Shown here in pieces: positions 56,821 through 64,000 of a stretch of DNA of 64,000 bases; the stretch's first letter is position 1, and every line of letters starts with the position of its first letter. The stretch is from Macrostomum lignano. Taxonomy: Eukaryota. The position numbers and the translations under genes were made by a program. The stretch covers positions 110,080 to 174,079 of the forward strand of contig NIVC01002434.1 in NCBI GenBank assembly GCA_002269645.1. The letters are read 5' to 3'. The notes beneath the pieces were generated by a model, which saw nothing but the letters and a program-made list of their open reading frames with translations, made no database searches and was not told the origin of the DNA.

Positions 56821-59800
56821 TTACTCAGAATGTTCAAATTTCCTGTCCTTGGTGCCGACCTCGCACAGCTGGAGCACCCGGGCCGGCGTCAGCGGCAGCT
56901 CAAACGTCAGGTTCACGTCCGGCTTTCCCTGCTGCTTCCGGAAGGCCTCAATCGCTCTCTTGATGGCGGTGACGCAGGTGGCCGCCAAACCGAGCGGCGG
57001 CTCCCCGATCGCCTTGGTGCTGAACACGCTGTCGGTGTCTCCCGGCTTCTTCAGCAGGTGGACGCGGAAGTCGCGCGGCACGTCGGCAGCCTGCGGCGGC
57101 TTATAGTTCCAGGTACCGTCGGCCAGGTTTCGCCCGGTGTCGGAGTCGTACACGGTTCTCTCGGTCAGGTAGTAACCCATGCCGAACACGTAGGCGCCCT
57201 CGATCTGGCCAATGTCCACGCCAGGGTTGAGGCTCTTGCCGATGTCCATCGTGATGTCCGAGCGCAGGACGACGTACTCGCCGGTGAGGATGTCCACCTC
57301 CACCTCTGCCGCGCCAACGCCGAGGGTAGAGTAGCGAGCGTGCTGGGATTTACGATTTTGGCTGGCGTAGCTGAATGTTCGAGAACGTGTTGTAAATTAT
57401 TTATAATCTTTGTAAATCCAGTCACAGGTGACGAATTAGGAGCTAATGAATGGACTACTTACCTGCCGAAAGCTTTGAGCAAGACTCCAGACATGATTGC
57501 CGCGACAACCAGTTCATTCCAACCGGCATCTGGCTTATTCTCTTTGATCGGCAACAAGCGCTCTTTGATTTGATCAGCGGCAGCTTTGGCTGCCATGGCG
57601 TTGAGCTCGCTAGTAGCGCTGCCGCCGGTTGCGTCCATCTGTGGCAGCATCATAGTGTCGGTCGGTTTGGCCTTCACCATGTCGAGTGTGGCGCCAAACT
57701 CGGCCAGCTGAGCAACAGCCGCTTGAGCAACTTTCGTTGTCAGACCCTGGCCCATTTCCGTGCCGCTATGTACAATGGAGATGCTGCCGTCCATGTGCAC
57801 CGTAAGATCGACCTCGGATATGCCAACGCGAGCATAACTGATCGGGTAGGAAATAGCGGACATGTCCAGCCCCCGTTTTTTGTACGCGTTAGCCTGGAAA
57901 CACGGTGGGGGATTAAATGATGTATACTTAAATTAGGTAGCTCATGAACTTTGCTTAAACTTGAATATGACTTTGCAGTTAACAATCACACTTTTTCTTT
58001 ACCAGATTGAAGGTGTCGATGTCTTTTCTACGCTGGTCTATCTCAGCGGCAATGTACAACTCGTCCCACATTCGCACCAGATTGTCTTTTGTTCGTTCCA
58101 TGCCATTCTGGTCCAACTTGAATTGGATTGGTTTAAATATTCCAAATTAAAGAAAGGACTAACATCTCTTAGCGCTCATGATTTTTGCTTTGAAAATTGA
58201 TAAATATGTCTATTACCTGTCCGTCTCTATACAAATTCTTTCGTTTGAAGTCGATAGGATCAATTTTTAGCTTATAAGCCATGTGGTCCATCATGAGTAG
58301 GTTGAACAGCGCGGCTGGACCGGCTCCCGGAGCTCGAACTGATGTGCTCTGTGGCTTATTCGTTTTTAGGTAAGTCAGATTCCTCTTGAACGTTGGCGAG
58401 TAGTACGCTTGATCCATTGAGTCATCCATCTCTCGGCCAATTATGGTGACAACATTACAGACGTAGCCCGCGTCCAAATAAGAGTCCCAATGGACGCTCT
58501 TTAGCTGACCATCCTCTGTAGCGCCAGCTTTGTACTTTGCGATCACGGTTGGACGCTTCTGGCTGTACTGGGCCAGAGAATCAAGGCGAAGAAACATGCG
58601 ACAGGGTCGGCGGGTAATATCGCACGCGATAGTGCAGAGAGCAGTAGCGTGATCTATCTGTAATGCGCGGAGTATAAAATGCCGATGTGTATAGCTTTGT
58701 GACTCAATACTTCAACGAAATGCAAATATTAAGCATAAAAATCGGTGACTGCCAACCATAAAAATTTTTCCACCGAATCCGCCGCCCAAACGGGGACAGA
58801 CCACTCGAAAATGGTTCCTTGGTCTGCCCATCACCTTGGCGAGCACCATAGAGGAAACTTCTGGCCACTGGTGCGGCGCATACACCAAAAAGCCTTCCTC
58901 TGTTTGGCGAACGCTGGTAGTCACTGACTCCATGAAAAAGTGCAGCTGCTCACCGACCACAAACTCTCCTTCAATCTGCACCGACTGCTTTGCCAACTCA
59001 GCGTCAGGGTCTTCTTTCGAGGCTCTTTGTGCATCCTGGAAGAACATAGATTGCTTAGCCAAAGCCTCCGTGATGTGCACAATTGGCTCATCATCTCCGG
59101 CATCGAAGTTCACTTCGACCAGACTGGCTGCCCGGTCGGCGGCCCACTGGGTCTCGGCGAGGACCGCGGCAACGGGTTGACCAGCAAAACCAACAGCTTT
59201 GGATGGGAAGATCTCGTCCGTCTGCCTAAAGACACCAATTTTATTCAGGGGCATGCATAGATTTCTTCTTATACTTTGTAGAAATCCTTTCACGTGCGTT
59301 TAGGAATATACCAGATTACTAGTACGAGCTACTTACGGTACACGAAGAAATAAGCAAATGTTGTCAAAACTTACGCCTCGGGAGGAAGAATGGGAAGAGT
59401 GCAGTTGTTGGTGTATTTTCCCTCTAAGTCCTTGACTGTAAGGATGCTGTGGAAACCGGGCACTCTCTATAAAAAATTTTTTTAATTCAATAAACTAGGC
59501 ATCGTAGTCTAGGGCAAAGCAGATCTATTTTCTAAAAAAGTGACAAACATGCATAATATATGTACCTCAGCTTCCTCAGTGTCGAAACCTGTGACCTTGA
59601 TGGCGGCCTCGGGAGCCAGAACGTAGGCCAAGAACAGCTCATTCGCGTGAGCTGGGTAGTCGTTCACGTAGGTGGCCTCGCCGGATGTCTGCGCCTTGGA
59701 CTCGAGCTTCCTGACCGACTGGCCCAGCGGTGCCGGCTGAAGCTCTTCGACAAAGTCCTGCTCGCCCCTCTGGAGAGGCCGGGTGAGGACGGGACCGCCC

Positions 59801-61980
59801 GAGCGAGCGGCACCTTCCACAGCGTCGCTGCCGATGTCCAAGATGGTCTTGTAGAGAAGGTTCACGGCCAGCTGTCGACGGTGCTCGGGTGAGGAGGCGG
59901 TGGCTTCCTCAACCGGCACCACCTCCGACTCGAGCACCTTCAGCGCGGCTGAAAGTTTTTGAGTGTCGGTTAAGTGACTGTCAAGTTTTCAAGCGATTCT
60001 TAAGTCCAAAAATTATTTTAACAACACAACCCTTCGTTTAAAACTCACATTCGACAACCTCTTCATCCAGAAGGCTCTTGTTCAGCAGAAAGTTTTCTGT
60101 CTTCGTGGCTCGATTCTACAACAGACAAGGTTACATGTCAACTACTTTGTTGCTTCTGTTTCGCTACTATAAGTTTAGAATCAGCTGCAGTGCTTACAAA
60201 TTTGTCAGAAATTCCACCAATAACAATGGTTGGACGCTCAAGCACAGTGTAGTCCTTTTTCTTGTCAACAGCAAGCTCAAAGGCTCCGTTAACGTAGGCA
60301 TGAGCGTTCTGCAAGAGAAACATGTGGGTATTTCAATGTAGCAAAGTATTATTGGTTGTACATAGTGTTGTGTCAGAAATCATGATTGACTTTTAGCTCA
60401 CGAGCTGACGCGGCGTGATCTTGAACGACCTGTAGAAGTGCTTGTCCGTCGAGATAGCCGGCAGCTTGGCCGACACGATCACCTTCCCGCGCATGTCCAG
60501 CCTCAGAAAGTCGGTCAGCACGTGATCCTGAGTACCCTGCTCATCCGCCACCTTGATCACGGTCTTTGCCGCCTCCAGTGTGATGAACACGTCCGACGGA
60601 AAGTCCTGGTGTCGGTGCTTCATCATGAGGTTTCCGGCCCACGACGCATTCGCGCGAACGGCCTGATTGGCTACCTGCTGGTAGTGGTCGCTGATTCTGT
60701 CGAGGTGAGCCAGTCCGGGAACCTTCTCGGCTGCCTCCTTGAATGTGTCGATCAACTCGCGCAGAGTGACGGTAGCACCGATCTCCAGACCCGACTTGCT
60801 CAGCTGAAAGCAATGCAAAGAGTTATTCAGATTGCGAACATACAATCCAACTGATAAACTCTTGCTGTAACATCTACCACTCACCCTGATGTTGTGCAGC
60901 TCTGGAACGTTGCGAACGTTGATGTAGCAGTTAACGAGCACGTCTTCCTTGAACACTCCGGCAGAAGTGTTTCCGCACACGAGCTGGTACTCATCGTCCT
61001 TGTACCGCTTGAGCAGCTTGAGCAGTTGGTCTAAGCTTCCAGGATTGTAGAAGCGCTGTCCCTTCCAGCCGCGAGCGATCGGAATCACACCGGATGTAGG
61101 TGGCTTCGCGATGCCTTCAGCGCACAGGCTCTTGTTCATTTCCTGAACAATGGAGTTGATGTTGCATGTGTAAAGGGGGTTGAATGGGATGTTGAAAGGT
61201 ACTACTGATTGTGCGCCAGATAGCATAGGTGTAAACCTCAGACTCACCTCGATGTCCACGCAACCACCGTTGTTCGAGTCGCACGCAAACGACTTCATGC
61301 CGTCGAGAATGGACCGATAGCCTGTGCAGCGACAAATGTTTCCGTCGAAGAAGTGCTCGACCTGCTGCATCGTCGGCTTCGGGTTCTCCTGCAGCTGGCT
61401 GTACATGCTCATGACGAATCCGGGAGAGCAGAAGCCGCACTGGGTTCCATAGTGCTCGGCGAGTCTCTCTTGGATCGGGTGGTACGGCTTGCCGCTGCCT
61501 CCGATGCCCTCGATGGTGGTAACGTGCCAGCCTACTGCCGAGTACACCGGACACAAGCACTGCAAACGATCACAAGAGTCGCGTCATGACCTCAGAGCTG
61601 ACGTATTCAATTCATCCTTAGTAGGTCGTAATCACGAAGCAAAAGGTGACTCACCGAGTTGACAGGCACTGACACGACCTCTTCTGTAGCCGGGTGCTTG
61701 TAGGTGGCCGTGACAACGCAGCATCCGCACCCGCCTTCTCTACACATAACTTTGGTGCCCTTGAGGTTGAGCATATCGCGAAGAAGTCATTGAGACTGGT
61801 CTCAGGGTTGCAGTCCTTGGGAACTGTTTAAGTTTATAGGGATGCACTATTTTATTTGTGTGTTAATACGCTCGTAAGCACAAAGAGCAATATTATTAGA
61901 CTTGATTTACCATTTGTGGCTCTTCCGTTAACGAAAATCACGGGATCACCGCTGGAAGGCACAATGCCGCTCGAATACAT
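56821..61980 (-). pseudogene. Aldehyde oxidase-like gene, copy 3; 1-nt deletion in exon 2
   Basis: Starts MYSSGIVPSSGDPVIFVNGR (61980-61911) with the same 14-exon layout. At ~61783 it reads cgcgaagaagtc vs cgcgaaggaagtc in copies 1 and 2, a frameshift leading to a stop early in exon 3. All other exons appear open. Could be a sequencing error. Confidence 0.75.
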
Positions 61981-62951
61981 AATGTCGCTACTCTGGTTTG
62001 GAATTATTTTTTTCGGAAGCGTCAGGCTGGCTATCTGAAATAGTTCTGCGGAGTGTTTTTATTTTGTCAGCAGGCTTAGCTCTGGGTCCTGGTTTGTTGA
62101 TGAGAATTTTTTGTTGAAATAAAACTTGGCGCTCTTAAGTGGCTCGGAAGAAAAACACTTAGATTCGATGCGAGAGTGGGCGCTTTCTCACTTACTTGTG
62201 CAGTCTTCTTTCTTGATTATCTTTGGTTAGCTCAGATTTAGCATTGGTAGCTTTTTTCCACTGTATTTGATATGAAACTTTGACCTAAAAACGCATTTTC
62301 TCAGGGCTCAGTGCAGCTCGTTCGTTATTATATCTTATGCTGTAATCGCTTAATTGCGCTGGGTAATTCTGCTTTTGCATCGTCTTTTGACAGAGTTTTC
62401 TTGTACGGTACTACCTAGAGATAGATAGTTTATTAATTAAAATAAATTTATCTAATGTTATATGAAACTTGTAAATAATAAACTACTGCGTTTAAAGTGT
62501 TTTGTTCATCGCTTTTACGGTTGTCTTAAAACCGAAAAGACACCTTTTTCTACATACCATATCTTACTGTAGTGACTAAGATACTACAGTCACACAGTAG
62601 GTCACAGTATTGCAGTACTAGAGAATACAAACATACCAACTACGACAGTAGTACCACAGTACATATATTATAGTTTTAATGCATGATTTTGTCATCTTAA
62701 GTTAAGTTGCTTAAGGTGTTTAAGTTGAATATTGGCCGTGAAACGAGCGTGTCATTGTAGATTATCATTCATCGCCACATGCGGCCGCAAAGCCTTCTAT
62801 TCGGCCCTCGGGTCCTTTGAAACTTCACAATAGCAATCTTCCCTGCTCAAGGCTTGTGTCTCTTCTCAGCTCTCTCTCATCTTCCTTCTCTTCTCTCTCC
62901 TCTTCTCTCTCTCTCTCTTCTCTTTCTCTCCTCTCTCCTCTCTTCTCTGCT

Positions 62952-62982
<31 letters not shown>

Positions 62983-63341
62983 ATTTATTTCGTCTTCTCT
63001 CTAATGCCAACTAGCAAGCATCTTTAATATGATAAAAAGGTTATATTACGAGTAGTTGTGAGCTCGAGCAGAGACACTTTTTGATAACTTTTCGTTCAAA
63101 TTTAAGGTTAAAATATATATTGTATATCAATCCTCTGTATATTTTTGGCAGCAAGCCATAAATATTCGTACATTATAAATGTTTAATTATAACAACTTGA
63201 GACCTTTCTCAATGGATTAAATGAAAAGTATGTCGCCCAAGCACCTAAAGGAATGAAAAAGGAGTTGTGTCTGCATCTTAATAAAATATTCAACCGTTAA
63301 TTGTTTAAGCCAGTTTTCCTGGCCTGTACTGAAGTACTGAT

Positions 63342-63506
63342 TTAGTCTGAGTCTGAGTCGACCACGCGGTTCCGTTCGGCCTGCAGCCACTCGGAGTTCT
63401 CAAATAGTCGGGCGAAAATACGATTATTCGTGGCGCTGTCCTTGCCGAAGTACTGCACCTGAATCTTCTGTCTGACCCTCAGCTGCAGGCTCTTGGCGGT
63501 TTTGAT
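63342..63506 (-). CDS. Terminal exon of an unidentified gene continuing beyond the window
   Basis: Acceptor tttatttcag, GC-rich open frame IKTAKSLQLRVRQKIQVQYFGKDSATNNRIFARLFENSEWLQAERNRVVDSDSD*. Confidence 0.55.
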   Translation of the reverse strand: MKTAKSLQLRVRQKIQVQYFGKDSATNNRIFARLFENSEWLQAERNRVVDSDSD

Positions 63507-63544
63507 CTGAAATAAACAAATAGAGATTAAGTCAACGGAGTAAC

Positions 63545-63577
63545 TAACTATTAACAAAATAAATTAACTAACTAACT

Positions 63578-63636
<59 letters not shown>

Positions 63637-63649
63637 CTAACTAACTACT

Positions 63650-63722
<73 letters not shown>

Positions 63723-63772
63723 ACTAACTAACTAACTAACTAACTACTAACTAACTAACTAACTAACTAACT

Positions 63773-63842
<70 letters not shown>

Positions 63843-63909
63843 ACTAACTAACTAACTAACTACTAACTACTACTAACTGACTTAACTACTACTAACTAAC
63901 TAACTAACT

Positions 63910-64000
<91 letters not shown>
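63545..64000. repeat. (TAAC)n microsatellite
   Basis: Direct observation. Confidence 0.97.

Overview
Eukaryotic (invertebrate metazoan) genomic DNA with GC-rich exons, GT-AG introns and very many micro/minisatellites. The repeat profile resembles the flatworm Macrostomum, which is an inference only. Genes I could reconstruct with splice phases checked by hand: (1) an allatostatin-A/galanin-type GPCR (+, ~1654-3383); (2) a convergent ~1100-aa EF-hand + WD40 protein of WDR49/EFCAB8/WDY type (-, 4111-16743, possible first micro-exon 25655-25677); (3) the last two exons of a PhyH-family 2OG-Fe(II) dioxygenase (+, 23663-24531) with no 5' part visible; (4) a 5-exon, 161-aa calmodulin-like gene (-, 30074-34781); (5) three tandem 14-exon aldehyde-oxidase-like molybdo-flavoenzyme genes (-, 35758-44464, 48151-55630, 56821-61980); and (6) the last exon of an unidentified gene (-, 63342-63506). 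In the AOX-like array, copy 1 is split by a P-superfamily THAP element with a perfect 8-bp TSD, copy 3 has a 1-nt frameshift, and copy 2 looks intact. The three copies are a mosaic: 2Fe-2S/FAD exons, one hinge exon and the last exon are near-identical, while the substrate-binding Mo-domain exons and first exons are strongly diverged. Mobile DNA includes Tc1 DD34E and IS630-like remnants, a Crypton-like fragment between 15-bp direct repeats, hAT MITEs, foldback elements carrying minisatellites, two tRNA-derived SINE families and an enriched CCATAGAC/GTCTATGG motif. Most long ORFs in the supplied track are satellite artefacts. No database searches were run.
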